The notes below the pieces were generated by a model. It made no database searches, was not told the DNA's origin, and saw only the letters and a program-made list of their open reading frames with translations. Positions 39,190-62,347 of a stretch of 64,000 nucleotides of DNA are shown in pieces. The stretch comes from Klebsormidium nitens (Eukaryota > Plantae > Klebsormidiophyceae): contig DF237063.1 of assembly GCA_000708835.1 (NCBI GenBank), positions 62,001 through 126,000 on the forward strand. Reading direction: 5' to 3'. The stretch's first letter is position 1; each line of letters opens with the position of its first letter. The position numbers were made by a program, and so were the translations under genes.

Positions 39190-42100
39190 CTACAGGACGT
39201 CTCCCCCGCTGGAGCTGCCCTGACTCCCCCCCTGATTATACGCCGGGAGAATCCTCCGCGAAACGCGGGCGGCCTCTGCGTGGGGAGCCCACACGGTGAT
39301 CCCCGTGGTGGGGGCGACGCTGGCTGTGCGATGGAGGGGGGGGCGGGAAAACCGCTCCAGGGCCGAGTGGGACTCACACCGCTGGCGCCTGAAGAGAAGA
39401 ACGACAATTGTCATCCGGGCTGCGAAGCTTACTGGAAGTAGGTCCTCCTTGAAAAAGCGGCCCGCTGATAGATGCACACCATATGAGTCCCTGTGCAAAC
39501 TTCAAAGTGGTCAGCGACTTTCGATTCCAGCTACTTGCGTAAAATCGTGTGTGCACTGGGAGCTTCTGAGTCATGATCAACATTGAGAGAGAAAAGAGAC
39601 GTCCGTGGTAGACGGAGGGCAGGTGGTACCATGGCACGGCTCAAGGCGCTCTTCGCCCCCGAAGGGGATTGGAGCGAAGTTTCGAGGCCTTCATTGGCAC
39701 GAACATGAGCCGTTCGGTGGCAAGAGGTGTGCATGAAATAAAAGCTGACAATTTGAGGTCTAATCTGATCAATGGATCTGAAAGTGAAGGAATCTCAATC
39801 AGGCTTTCTCTCGTTCTTTCCTCGACACCTTGCGTACAGCACGCGATGAGACAAACACAGAGATCGTCAACGAAAGGAGCTTTTTTCACACCTCTTGTCG
39901 TCGTGGCGCAACTGGCACAGCCCTCCCGCGGCGCAGCCAGTGGGCGTGCAGTAGAACATGCAGTGGACGTTGTACCCGATGCGCGACGCGCGCTCGAAGG
40001 CCTTGTCCCACGCGCGGCGCGCGTCCTGCCACCCGGGGGGCAGGTCGGTGCGGCCCGGCGGCCGCGACAGGACCGGTTCAGGGGGCGGGGGGGGCTCCCC
40101 GGGCACTTTGATCCAGGGGAGGGAGAGAACCTCGTTTATCCTGGAAGGAAGATGAGAGGAGACTCGATCAGCACATTTTAGGAAGATGAGATGGAACTTG
40201 ATCCGCACATTTTGATGGGAAGATGGGAGAAAGCTTGATTAAGATTCCGCTCGAGCAGCCTTTGAAGTTGTGAGAGGGCGTGCGTTGTAATCGTAACAGG
40301 GCAGGGAGGAGAGTTGTTGCGGAAGATTTCATCCAGCGGAAACAGAATATCTCCTTTGCTCTCGCAGAGCAATGGAGGAAACTCGTGAGCAGATTGCATA
40401 GGGAAGAGGTTTGGTGAGACCCTCCGTAAAAGATGGAAACTCATGTTTAAAGAACACCTTCCGTGAATCATGAAAACCCGTATAACGAATACTGTCGAAG
40501 TTGATCGGGGTGCATCGACTGCGTGCTCTTGAGTAAGAGGGAAGGTTTGATCAGAAAAAGGGGTGTTTTGACTAGAGGTCAATCTTATCCTAATGTCCCC
40601 GATCGTTCTTCATCTCAAAAAGAAGTTTCTTCGTGTGCAGACGTTTCGGTCAATCCATCTCAAGATTGACCTCAACCCGGGTCTCAAATGCAGCACTCGA
40701 AACTCCCTGGTACGTACCTCCTCACACGGGGGTCGCCAGCCTGGCAGTCTCCTCGACCGGCTGACGGCGGTCTTGGCAGGCGGAAGTGCGTGTCGACCGA
40801 ATATCCTATGGGCATGCACGTGCCGTGCATATGCCAGTGCAGAATGCTGCTCCAGAACAGGTCGCGGTCGCCTACCAGCTGAAGCAGGCCCCCTTCGTTG
40901 CTCCTGAAAGACAGCGAACCAATTCGGTCAGCGCATAGCTTATACGTGAGTGCGAACAGGTTATGGGTGTGCCAAGGAAGGTCCAGGTTTCCATTGTGGG
41001 GCTCCTGAGGAAGCGGTCGCTGGTTGGAAGGGCATAGCTTGATTTCGAAGATGTATACGTGACGAGAGGATTTCAGAAGCCCAGGCGCCTTCCTAAAGGA
41101 GATAAGAATGGAAGTCGTTTTGTTGAGATATGAGGAGTCTATTCTGCAGAACGTCTCTAAGTGCGTGCAGTTTACTCTGAACCTTTGCCTCTGTGTATTT
41201 TGCCAACAGCTGCAGCCAGACTCCCTCATTCCTGTCACGTCACGGTCTTTTTTGTCAGAACGGGAGTAGCCTATGTGCACCTTCGGATCACCTTCAAGCT
41301 CGGGAATCAGCGCACCACATAAAACCCTCTCGTTGAGCCTGGTCTTGGGGACGGAGATTCAGTCTTGCTTCAAAAACGAATCAAGGCTGATCACGTGTTG
41401 CAAGGCTGATCACGCAGCCGCTTGAGCGAAGGTTCATTGCTCCAGAGCATCTGTGTTTGCTGAAATGATGTGCCTGTTTATAAACAGTACTTCTCCTCGG
41501 TCTTCGGGAATATCATAATGGACAATACAATCACGTGAACCAACCCAGAAGTGACTCAGTAAGAGACTCTGGCGTCCTTGTTCAAAGAATCAGGTCGTCA
41601 GAGTAGAAGGGAAAAGGAGGGGAGGAGTTGAGAAAGCCTCGAAGTTAATTCCTTCTTTTCTAACTGAAAGGAGGACACAGATGGACATATGACCAGACCA
41701 AAGGGAGCTTGTGATCAGGGAGTCTGCTTTTCATACTTTGTCCTTCACTGATTACAATCTCTTACAATCTCTTAGAGTTGCATATGGCAGATTGGCAAGA
41801 TCAACGCAGCTCAGGAATCAGTGCACCCACAGCCTTGCAACCTGCACGAAGGACAGCCACATCCTCGCCCCTCAAAAGCCCGATGCAAACATCCTCCTTA
41901 TCCAGTCAGAAGTGATGAGGGGCCTGGCTGAGCTCAGCACACGTGGCTGTTCACACCGTTCAAAGGACATCTCACCCGTGATCGTCGACAGTGCCCCTGC
42001 GCAATTCCGCGAGCTCGGACGCTACTTCAGACGCTGACTTGAATAGGACGTCCACCACGCCCTTCTCGCACGTCGGTTCCCACAGCCAGCTCACCAGGAC

Positions 42101-42853
42101 GCGTTTCCCGCTCTCAAGGCTTGCAAACGGACAGCTCAGCATGTAGTGCTGGTGCAACGCGCCGTACAACTGCAAAAGTCAGTAGGGAGTTGATTAGAGG
42201 TTGTTCGCTTGGGGCTAACATGCAGTCTGTCTGGTAGGTTAGGTGGAAGCAGATGCAGAGTCCAACGTTTGCGCTGGTGTAATCAAACTCAGAGGGCAAA
42301 GGTTCCTTGGTATCATGACCCAAGTCGCTGATGATTTGGTTGTTTCTGAAGTTCTGTTGGTCGTTCAAAGTAATCACTGTCCTCTTCCTGAGGTTGTTTG
42401 AGTCGGAAACACTGCGGCAAGGACAGTGCAAAATTTGTAGGGGCAGGTAAGAGTTGGCCTGGAGACCAGGGGGCAAACAGGTTCAGTGTAAAGAGCATCC
42501 TGAACGTCCTCAGACAATATAAGAGTTACCTGCGAGAGGCGTGCTAGCTGCAACGCTTGCTGCTGCCCTGCAGAGTCCCTCCACCCTGACCAGGTGCCGC
42601 TCCGCGCAGAGGGGGCTGCCTCCCTGGCAGGAGGACCCCCCTGGAAGCTCGTGATGCAGGACTGGTCGTCCTGGGAGTTCCCGCTGCTGTTCGACATTTG
42701 AATGGGGGAACTTGCTTCCCAGGGGAGGGGGAAGGGGGGGAAGGGGCTAGGGGCCCTGTGGACCAGTTTTATGAGGCACCGAAAGAGAACATCAGAGCGG
42801 GGAGTCTCTGGATCAGCTGGCTGAAAAGGTGCTGAAATGTACCATTCTGGCTT
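39190..42853 (-). CDS. Orphan protein with a C-terminal CCCH zinc finger; 5' end not located. Exons 42530-42853, 41976-42169, 40718-40903, 39892-40140, 39190-39388.
   Basis: Five exons with GT-AG ends chain in consistent phase (0,2,2,2). CMFYCTPTGCAAGGLCQLRH fits C-x8-C-x5-C-x3-H. Confidence 0.65.
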
Positions 42854-45800
42854 CTGCAATTCTTCGAAGCAGCTTGAAGCAGCTCCAACCTTTGAGCGCT
42901 CCTATGCTGAGCCTTTCTGTCTGGTATGTTGTTGCCACCCTTGACAAGTGAGAGCTTCAGCGCGGGCTTGACCTTTCACCAGTGGCTTGTGGTTGAGGAA
43001 TGCAAGAGATGTCCTTGCTTTTCAGCTGACAACGAGGACTCTGCCGCGTCTGCTTGGCTTTTGGTTGTCTGGGCATCTTCCCCGAGACAAAGAAAAGCGA
43101 CCACATCTGTCGATGATGCTCATTGATTCACCTTGCCATCACCAATCAAACTCCCCCGGAAAGCGCAACCATATCAAGCCAGATAAGGCCCATCGGAGTT
43201 TGTCTGGAGGGTTCAAAGTAACTTAGTATGACTGGGCAGGTAAGCCCCACTTCCTTCCAGGCAGCTCATGAAGGAAGGATGGCTCTATCTTGTCCCACTG
43301 AGAGAAGTGATACACTTTGTAACTGAGCAATAAACTCAATCGGAGGTTGATTTTTTCTGCAGAGGCGCCTTTCAAACTTAGCATTGGTCTAGATATGTTC
43401 GTAGCTAATGCTCTGACGAAAGTGAGAGGGACAAAGATCTAAAGGTAAAGCGCCTTTTCACGAAGCGTTCGACCGAAAGTGTGTGCACATCCCTCAAAGC
43501 GTGCACTTCGCAGTCTTCGCTTCGGCTGCCTACGGACTCTTCCTTGAAGATTCTTCTCAAGAAGTGTACCACGTGGCTTTTGAACCGCTTTTGAAAGCGC
43601 TTTTTCAGATATGAAGAGCGAAAGAATGTCATGCACCCTATTACACAGTGCCTAGCAGTCCACGCAGGAGCTGACCTGGCTGGCAGGGCTACCAGCTCTA
43701 GCCGCAACACCTGCTACTGCAATGCACTCAGAAAGCTCTGCCTGGTAGATAGGGCGTGCACGCCGCGTCGATGGCGTCGGCTTATGAGCCTCAGGCAGCT
43801 TGGAAGGAATGGGAATGTCGCCAATTCGCTCGTACTTTAGTGAGGGTTAAAGATAATACCGTAGATGCATTTTCAAAGCTTCCAGATGGATGGTTTTCCT
43901 AACCACAAGATGGACAGTGCACACTGCACTGTGCAATGTGCACGACTGTACTGTGTACATGCTGTGGACCCTTGAGCCCTAGCTGGCCCCCGAGTCCTGA
44001 CTCCTGAGTCCTGACCATACTCCTGGCCCAAGTTTCTACCGAGCAGAGATTTGGTACAGAGATACGGTACTATAAATACAAGCTGTATAAAAGCTGGACT
44101 AATCTTTTCACCAAGCCATCTACCGGGCGAGGACAACAAAAGCGTAACCAGATTTTTGTCAGACCTTTCTTACCAAACGAGATTAACCCATGGCCAACTC
44201 AACCCGTCCCCGGCCCCGACGGGCTTTCTAGGGCATATATAATATCATCCAGAAATTGGAGATCTGGGGATCGGGTGGCTTGCGATTGACAATTGATTTC
44301 AACCGCCATGCCTGGAAGTTGGGAGCTTTGGAACGGCGAACACGTGTTCGTGTCAGAAATGATATGCTGAAAGTTTGGAAGGGTAACGGCAGGGGGGCCA
44401 AACACCCAGGTGAAATGTTTTACAGCCTGATCCATGTTCCAGCAGCGAAACGATTGCTTGCCCAAAGCCGGGCAATGGCGGGATTAGGCCCCCAAAAGGT
44501 CAGCTTGAACCTCTGCTGGGTTTTAGGGTCCGGGCAAGCAGCCGTTTAGAATTGTTTAAGGGCAGGTTAGGGTATCTACACAGGCAAATGTATGCTTAAA
44601 CCAACTTCTAACAATCTATTATACTACCGTTAAGTTCTCTCCTTTGACCAACCGAACAGCACATATGCGCTCGGATCACTTCAGAATGTAATATTGACCG
44701 TTCAGGAAATATAGATTTCCACATCGGACGGCTCAGAAAATGGTTGCATTTTTAAAAGGTTTTGGCTGGCGTGTGGTCCCCCTGCCTCCGAGTCTCCGAC
44801 TCTAGCTCCAGCCTCTTGGGGTCTGGACACTGCATGAGTATGAAACCCTTGGTTGGATCTTGTGCGAGGCCGCCTTTAACCTGTGACCGAGAAGTTCTTG
44901 CCATCCCTCTTCAGGGACGCCGGCAGATCTCAGAGGCATGTCCCAGCGCGGGAGCAGCCGGGCGATGTTGCCCGGGGTTCTACCGTATCCCCTCACGTCT
45001 TAACACCACCGATCGGGGTACTGTAATACCTGTGGGTTCTCAAATTCGACAATACCCGAGTACAAGCATATTGACGAAGATGGTTTAGGTGGAGGTTTTC
45101 GTTGCCAAGCAATGAGATTCAGAGCAGTGCCAAGATTCAAGCTTGATACCGCCCAGCGCTCAAGCCCCGGTTCAAATTCATAAACAACCGTCTCCGGCTC
45201 ACGTCATGAAAAGCGTCACGAGTCACATGTACCTGTCAGAATAAAGCCTGCGCGTTTTGCGGTTAGGAACATGAGCGGGTAAAACGTGTGCACATTCAAT
45301 GATTACTTTCGGATGGTAACTTGTAAGGGGATTCGGAATTCCCAGTCCAGAGTTCAGGCACCCGGCGTGAGTCGTGACCCAGCTAACCAGTTACCAAGCG
45401 CTTAGGGTGCATTATACACGTACTACTGCAGCAGTGACTTGCAGGTGCCACGTAGTAGGTATTACTAGGAGTGTGACAGCGCATGGCAGCGTCACGAGCC
45501 ACACTCCCACTGCGAGTCTTTTGACGGGACATGTGCAAGACCCCAGACTCCACTCCAGACTCTATACACTATAATACAGGCCAGCATATATAAGGTAGTC
45601 GAGTTGTCGACTGATCGAGTTAAGACTCCCCACACTAAAAGAGGTATCCCTCCGGATCCTACTTTAAGGCATTCTCTATGACAGAATTCAGGCTAAAGCA
45701 TGATTCGTGATCAAAGCGAGATTCGATTTACCTAGAGCTGAAGAGTTGAAGAGCTGCGGGATCGCACGAGCCTCGATAGGGTAATTTTGATTTTCTGCGT

Positions 45801-47885
45801 TACAAAGGTGGCGGAAGTCTTGTCACGGCCGCAACTTCCGGTTGTAATATCATTGACTTCAAAGAGCATGACATTCACTGCCGTTGAGCCTTTGAATTGA
45901 TTTGCACAACCGTGACGTAGGACACTCTCCGTACATGACTGATTCATTTTCATCTTGTCTCTCTCTTTCTTTTCCTTGTTTCCTGTTCTAATGTTCCCCA
46001 CCTTCACGAATGATCATTTCAGCGAGAAAATGTGCAGAATTCAATCGTCTGCATTGGCCACATTATATGTTAGCACGTCCGACGTTGCATCACGTCGTCC
46101 GAGTCAGCCTGATCTGCTGATCATCGGGTTAGTACGAAATTAGTCACAGACTTAGAGTGATGGAGAGACTACAGCAGCTTCGAGATGGTTGACGGGGGAG
46201 GCGTCTCACTTGATGACGCCTTGTTGCCTAAAAAGTATTGGCCATGCGTCGGCGGTCCTCACTGAGTTCGCTGCGTGAAGCCGTTGCTAGAGCTACGGAG
46301 CTATTCAACATTGATCCGACACACGCAGTCACTGCAGATGACAATATGACCAGCTTTGCAATCAGCCTTTGGCAATGTTTGGATTTCAATCATGAGCTTT
46401 TCCGTAAGGTGGAGCCTTTTTCCTTGATTGTCAGCTGGAGCGGGTCCTCTCAGAGAGGAGTAATTCCAAAGGTGTTTTAGCACACACAAGACATGTCCGA
46501 TACATGATGGCGGATCCACTCCAGGCATTCAGCAGCCTAGCAGAAGCCGAGTTGGTAATAATTAATGAATTCTCATCATTGCTGCATGGGGCTGGCTACT
46601 TGACTATACTTCAAGCCGGCAGTAAGAGCAACATGACTGGTTTACCTAGCATCTGCTCATGCTATTGAATTGACTTATTGTTACCCTGTTTTTTAGAGAT
46701 TGATGTTAATAGCGTGGTGTTATCACACATCCGCATACGCGATTCGTTCGTCAAGGGCAAAATCAAGGTAAGTCAATCGCAACGTCTGCCGCTGCATGTT
46801 TTTACAGCTTGACAATCAAGAGGGACGGTTGACCTAAGGAGCCTTCACATGCCAGCAGCATGAACCGTTGAGCATGACATGGAGTGCGTACCATACATGG
46901 CGGACTGAAAGACCACACGGCCAGTACACTGTAAAGAGGTTTAAACTCAAAGGTGACCGGACCATCTGAAGACCCCTTGCAGCCTAGAAATGCTACAGGT
47001 CCAGCCGCAATAAGCCGAGTTGCTTTCGAGATCATGGCTTTGTGCTAGCATAAGCCAGCTCATGACTGTAGCGCCTCATTTTGACCCTATTTTGACCCCA
47101 TCTCAATATCATGTCTGATATATGAATGATCTCGGTCAGTGAGGGCGGCTACGCATGAAGTTTGGCTAGCCTGTAAAATCGTAGATTTGCATGACCGTCG
47201 AATCCTTTGATGTACTAGGCCGCAGCCTTGACTCAAACACGCACGCCAACCACGTGAGATGCCAACCGAGCTAACTAGAGTGGATGAAAAATAGTAACTG
47301 GAGTGCTTACAAAAGCTTACTCAATTGAGCTCACGAGACAACATACCGTATGTCGATCATGCGTGCCATCATCATGCACTTACAACCGAGACAAGCATGC
47401 TTCAAATCATTCGCGCAATCTCTTGTATAGGTAGCCATGCCTAGCGCATGCAGGCAACACGTTAACTTAACAAAACCCACCGCACGGTCAAATCCATGCT
47501 TATCGTATAATTCGACATGAAACTGCTCAAAACTCAAGCTCCCCCGGCTTTTAACAGCTCCAGTAAGTTGAAGCCTCGGAATCTGACTCATGTATATAAA
47601 CAAGTTCCAACCTTTTGGCCTACGCTGATGTTGCCCACGATGCTGGTTATGAATACTAGTCATGTACATCTATCCCGCTTACGACCTAGATCAGTACGGC
47701 GTTGCCTTTGCATATGAGGTACCAAACGCGTTCGGATGCCGCATAGATGCGGACACCTGTGGCAAAAAAGCTTCTCCGGCACCTCACCTCTTCCCCTCTT
47801 TGCACCTAGTCTCTCCGCAAACGCACCTACCTAACATCAGCCCCGATCTGGCATTATAGAGGATGTCCCGATACCCCGGGTATTA

Positions 47886-57670
<9,785 letters not shown>

Positions 57671-58073
57671 TTGTGCAAGAGAAAAGTGTCAAGTGGGACA
57701 CATGCGGGGACCTTTCACTGAAGCAATGCGTCCTTTGTGGACGAAGGACAGCTCCGCAGCTGAACGTTTTGCTGTCGGCGTCGCCCTGTTCGAGGGCTGA
57801 AGAACAGAGCTAGGTACCGTATTTAGATGGAATCTGATCAGTCTGATCATCAGAGTCTGCATGGAAGTGAGTTCATGGACATTTGTGGCGGTGTAACGCC
57901 GCCGCTCAGCCAGCCGTAGCGTTACGAAGCAAAGTCGGCCTTCCCTCAAAACCCTAATTGGAGGCTTTGCACCTTAGGATTTTTTGATGGAAATTCAACC
58001 AGCTCACTTCTTGGATACAGGGCGCAATCAACTCTGTGAGACATAGCGTCCTGTAGGACTATAGCAGGCCAAG

Positions 58074-61000
58074 ATGGGCGTAAGCGTTGAAGCAGTTGAG
58101 GCTCCGGCAGCAGACAATCCGCAGCGGCCAAGTATCCTGGTGGTGGGCCCTAAGGATGTTGGCAAACGATCTTTGGTCCGCCGTGAGTGAGAACTGGGTC
58201 TGGCTGCACCTCGTATGTGCCCTGTCATCATTAATTGCGGATTTTTGCTGCGAATTTGTGGGCGCTGATTGGTTGTTGACCTCCTGGCCTAACAATTTGA
58301 CTGTGTCTCTTGGATTTTGTGGCTTGCTTTCCTGTGGTGTTTTTGGTCACCTCCATTCTTGGATAATGAATTGTATTCACTTGATTGCATACCAACTATG
58401 TAAGACTTCTGTTTGTGGGGTCTGCTCTTGCAAGCTCATGGCAATTGGCTGATGGGAATGTATACACCCAAACATAACTGCACTCTGAGCTGAGATGCAT
58501 ACGCCTGTCTTTCTTCTGATGCAGGACTTGTGAGAGGTGCAAAGAGCGCACAAACGAGCATACCAGGAGGCGTGGTCACCAGTCACAGGTGCAGATACCT
58601 CTGCTCTGTCGCTCAAACATCAAAGCTGAGACCATGTTCTGCTTTTTCCAGATTCTCTCTGCTTGTCTGATCTTCTAAGAGGCTCTTTATCAGGAGTGTC
58701 TTACATCTATTCTGCCTTGGCCGGTCCTAATAGACTGCTGTACTTGGTGCTATTAGGATTGGTGTCCTTCGTTGCTGTAGCAAGGCTCGCCGCGCGGTTT
58801 GAGGGACCTGGTTTGAGAACTGCACAAAGTTACAGTCTCAGCTGGCCTCATGTAAGGAAATAGTGGTTGGGAATCACCGATCCTTTCAACGTGTTGAAAG
58901 CATGTATTCCGGCCTGCAGGTGGTCCATTGACACCAAATACTACACAGCGGATGTAAACCTGTGGGTGTCGCATTCTGAGGACCTGTTAGAAGACACGGC
59001 AAAAGCTCAGGCCCTTGCGGCTGGCTGCGACGCACTTGTACTGGTCTTTGATCTGAGCGAGGTAAGGAATGTTGATTGCTTTCGTACCCGATCACCACAC
59101 ATACCCAAACACCACTCCAACATATTTGGCTTGAGGGATGTTGTGATATCTTTTGGAGCTGTGACAAGGGAACAAGCGAGAGTATCTGAGCCTCGCTCGC
59201 AAACTCGTCTTATCAGCCCTTATCAGCTCCGTTCTGGTGATTGGCAAAGGTGCTGATGCAATCAGAGAACAAAGCAAGAACTGTCGCACCCTGCAAAGCA
59301 AGCTTACCACTCGCCTTGCTCATGCTCATACCTGCTAGTAATCAGAAGCAGATCTCCAGATAGGCAGCCCTTCGTAGTCAGATTCAACTTTAGCAGAGAT
59401 CTGACAAGAGGTCTTATTTACCTTTTTCTTTAGGAGGCGTCGTTCGCAAGCGTCCAAGATTGGGCCTCCTCGTTGGACCTTGCGACGTTTGACGTCCTGC
59501 TGTGCATCGCCAACAAGGCGGACCTCGTCCCCGACCACCATGCGCACGACAGCCTGCAGCAAGAGAGGCCGCTGCAATGGGAGCAGAGGCATCGCCTGGT
59601 GGAGGTGAGACTCTTCACCCCAAAAAGACTTCTCAAAGCGTGAACGTTTCTCCCGCCTGGTGGACGTGAAACTCTTCATCTTAAAAGGATTTCCCAAATC
59701 GCAAACGTTTGTCCCGCCTGGTGGATGTGAAAGTCTTGACCGCAAAAGGATCTCTCCAAGCCGCAAACGCTTTTGTCTCGTCCGGTGCGGGACACCATAC
59801 AGATAAAAAGGTTCTCTCAAGGTGCATAGCTTTGTCCTTGGAGCATATCCTATTACTTCTGCTCTTTGGTGCACCCCAAGCAGCTCTCCTGAACAGGACA
59901 GGCGTGGCACTAGCCTGGGTAGTGTACAAATCGGCCCTTGTTCGGCATCGATTGTTTATTCCAGGAAAACAACAGTGTCTACTTTGCTGCCAGGTCTTCT
60001 ATCCTATCCGTTGTTCATCGTTTTCGCTGGTGGACTTGCAAGTAAGGTCAACGATTGCACACGGAACAACAGGCCCGAATCCTTGTGAGGGGAAGGGGGA
60101 AGTTCTCCACTTAAAGTCACGATCTGGTACCAATAGGCACGACTTTCGGTGCACAAAAAGGTCAGGCAGTAAATCAGTGTTAATGAACATTTATAAACGA
60201 GATTGAAACCTCTATCTTTTTGCCACCAGGCGGGGGACTCATCGGACGCGAATGAACCGTCCGTTGGATTCGGACGCCCAACCAAGGCTCTGGACGTCCG
60301 GCGGCAGGAGTACTCGGAGTGGTGCCTGGACAACGGGGTGGAGTACATCGAGGCGTGCACGCTGGACGAGCACTTCGACCAACGTGAGGGACTCTTCATG
60401 TAGCCCACTCTAATCGACGTTCTACCTGAAGGAGCGTCGCAGATTACGTCAGCTGTGTTTTGCCATCCCCGAGAAGAACACCGACAAATACCATTCGGGT
60501 TTCTCGCGCTCAGTTGGAATTACGCAGTTGGGAGATGTCTAACGGAGTCAGGTGGCCTTGGACCGGTGTGTGAGCCATCGTTCAGTATTCTGCTCGAACA
60601 AGGTCATTTTCTAGTACGCTTCAGCCAGCCCGATAAATATTTCTGCAACGTCGTAGTTTCTGCTGCCACGTGACACCGTGACGGGGCGCTTACATCAACG
60701 CCTCCCTCCTCACTGCTTCAACATAGACAGTACGGTTCGAAAAATCAAACTCATGAAACGCGATTCTTCTCCAGTATCAGCTTTTCGATTCTCATCGCAG
60801 ATCCTTCTTCCTGGACGTCAATGCGATATATGGTATCCAGAACAACTGCAAGAGAGGAAAGGAACGTCTAGATATTTCCTACACACTGGAGGAGGTGCTG
60901 ACTGTAGGTTTGCATCCGAAAAGCAGTCTCTCAGTGATTTGAGCTCGAGAAGCCGTCATTTATTTATAGCCTGTTCTTCAGAAATCTCGGTGGATGGGCG

Positions 61001-62006
61001 CATGTGGCCGGGCGTAGTTATGAAGCCCTCCATTTAGATTCACGAGAAGCCGCTCTTCACAAAATCACCTGTCATTGATAAGTCCTACGTTCTGGAAGAG
61101 GTGCTGACCGTAGTTTCAGACCGAAAAGCAGTTGTGGCAGCCTCTCAGCTCGAGGGTAGCGTTTCCCAATTTCCAATACACTTTTCTGCATGCAGGGATC
61201 TCGGTGGATGGCGACATGCAGGGCATCGCGCGGCTGCGCAGCGCGCTGCACGCGCACATGTGGCCGAGCATGGTCATGAAGCCCAAGCCGGGTGCGCGGC
61301 CTCCCCGCGCGCTGTCCAGCGGCGACGAGTCCGACTTCTCGACCGAGTACGAGTTACTCGAGGAGGACGGCGGGAGGGGGGGGCTGTCGCCGGAACGGAA
61401 TGCCGGGGCGTCGGAACCGGTGAGAGTGGACGTCTGCGCGGGGGGGGTGGAGAAGGCCCGTCGGAAGCGGGGGGGAGTGGCGGGGATACGGGACGCGAGG
61501 CCAAGGAACAGGAAGGTGAAAGTGCGAGTCAGGAGGGCAGGAAAGAAAAGTCCGGGGCGGAAGCAGAGCCAGCGGAAAAGGAAGCGGGGGTCGGCGCGCC
61601 TTCTGCTACGGCTGCGCCTCAGACCGAGCGGAGCGATGCCGGAACGCCTATCGGTGGTGAAGCCGTGCCTGTGCAAGAATCAAATGGCGTGCCTGCAGAT
61701 GACTCCCGTGCGCAACCGTCGGGGCAGGATTCCGCCGGGCCGGTCAACCCGGTTCCGTCTGAAGAGCGTGCGAAGGATTTAAACGGGAATGCTTCGTTGC
61801 ATTTAGACGAGGCCGCGGCTATGCGGGAGGTAGAGCACGAAGGGGATTCGGACTTTGCGGAGATGGAGCGGATCATGCACCAGATGTCGAGCGTAAGGGA
61901 CCGCTTGTCGGGGCTGCCGGACGGGGCCAGACGGGAGGAGGCAGCGCGGTATGCAATGCGGCTCATGCAGATGTTTGGGGGCGAGAGTGATGGGGAAGCA
62001 GAGTAA
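58074..62006 (+). CDS. AAGAB: Alpha/gamma-adaptin-binding protein p34 (AAGAB/Irc6). Exons 58074-58182, 58525-58588, 58920-59061, 59434-59604, 60230-60383, 61196-62006; the last exon has an apparent frameshift.
   Basis: P-loop-like SILVVGPKDVGKRSLV, then WSIDTKYYTADVNLW, LVLVFDLS, LLCIANKADL, EWCLDNGVEYIEAC, GIARLRSALHAHMWPSMVMK, and C-terminal MSSVRDRLSGLPDGARREEAARYAMRLMQMF. Confidence 0.85.
59593..59775 (+). repeat. 61-bp tandem repeat x3 spanning an AAGAB exon/intron junction
   Basis: cgcctggtgga(g/c/t)gtga(g/a)a... starts at 59593, 59654 and 59715. Confidence 0.92.
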
Positions 62007-62347
62007 GAGTTGCTTCATTCGTAAAATTTCCATTTTTAATTCTGTAACATATTCATTTTAGCTTCTCAGTCGTGCTTCGATACATGGATCTAACTGGCCG
62101 TCTCAATTGCGAAGATCACGAAGTATCGCCACTTCATTGCAGAGTCATATTCAATTGGCGGTACATGCACCCTTGACGAAAGTTCAATGCGCGACAATAC
62201 ATCTGCACCTGAATTTGGATCATGATGGTCATCTATCGATCGTTTAGTCTGATGCTGAAATTGACAGCTGATCGATCCGGCTAGAGCTATTCAATAATCG
62301 CATGCGTCAGGCATATAAGCCCATATGCTGCAGCCGCGCAATTTAAG

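Noticed and set aside
44198-44232. Hairpin cccgtc...gacggg followed by CTAG, like a Helitron 3' end
   Set aside because: The spacing to CTAG is too short, the next base is G rather than T, and no 5' TC end or Rep/helicase remnant was found.
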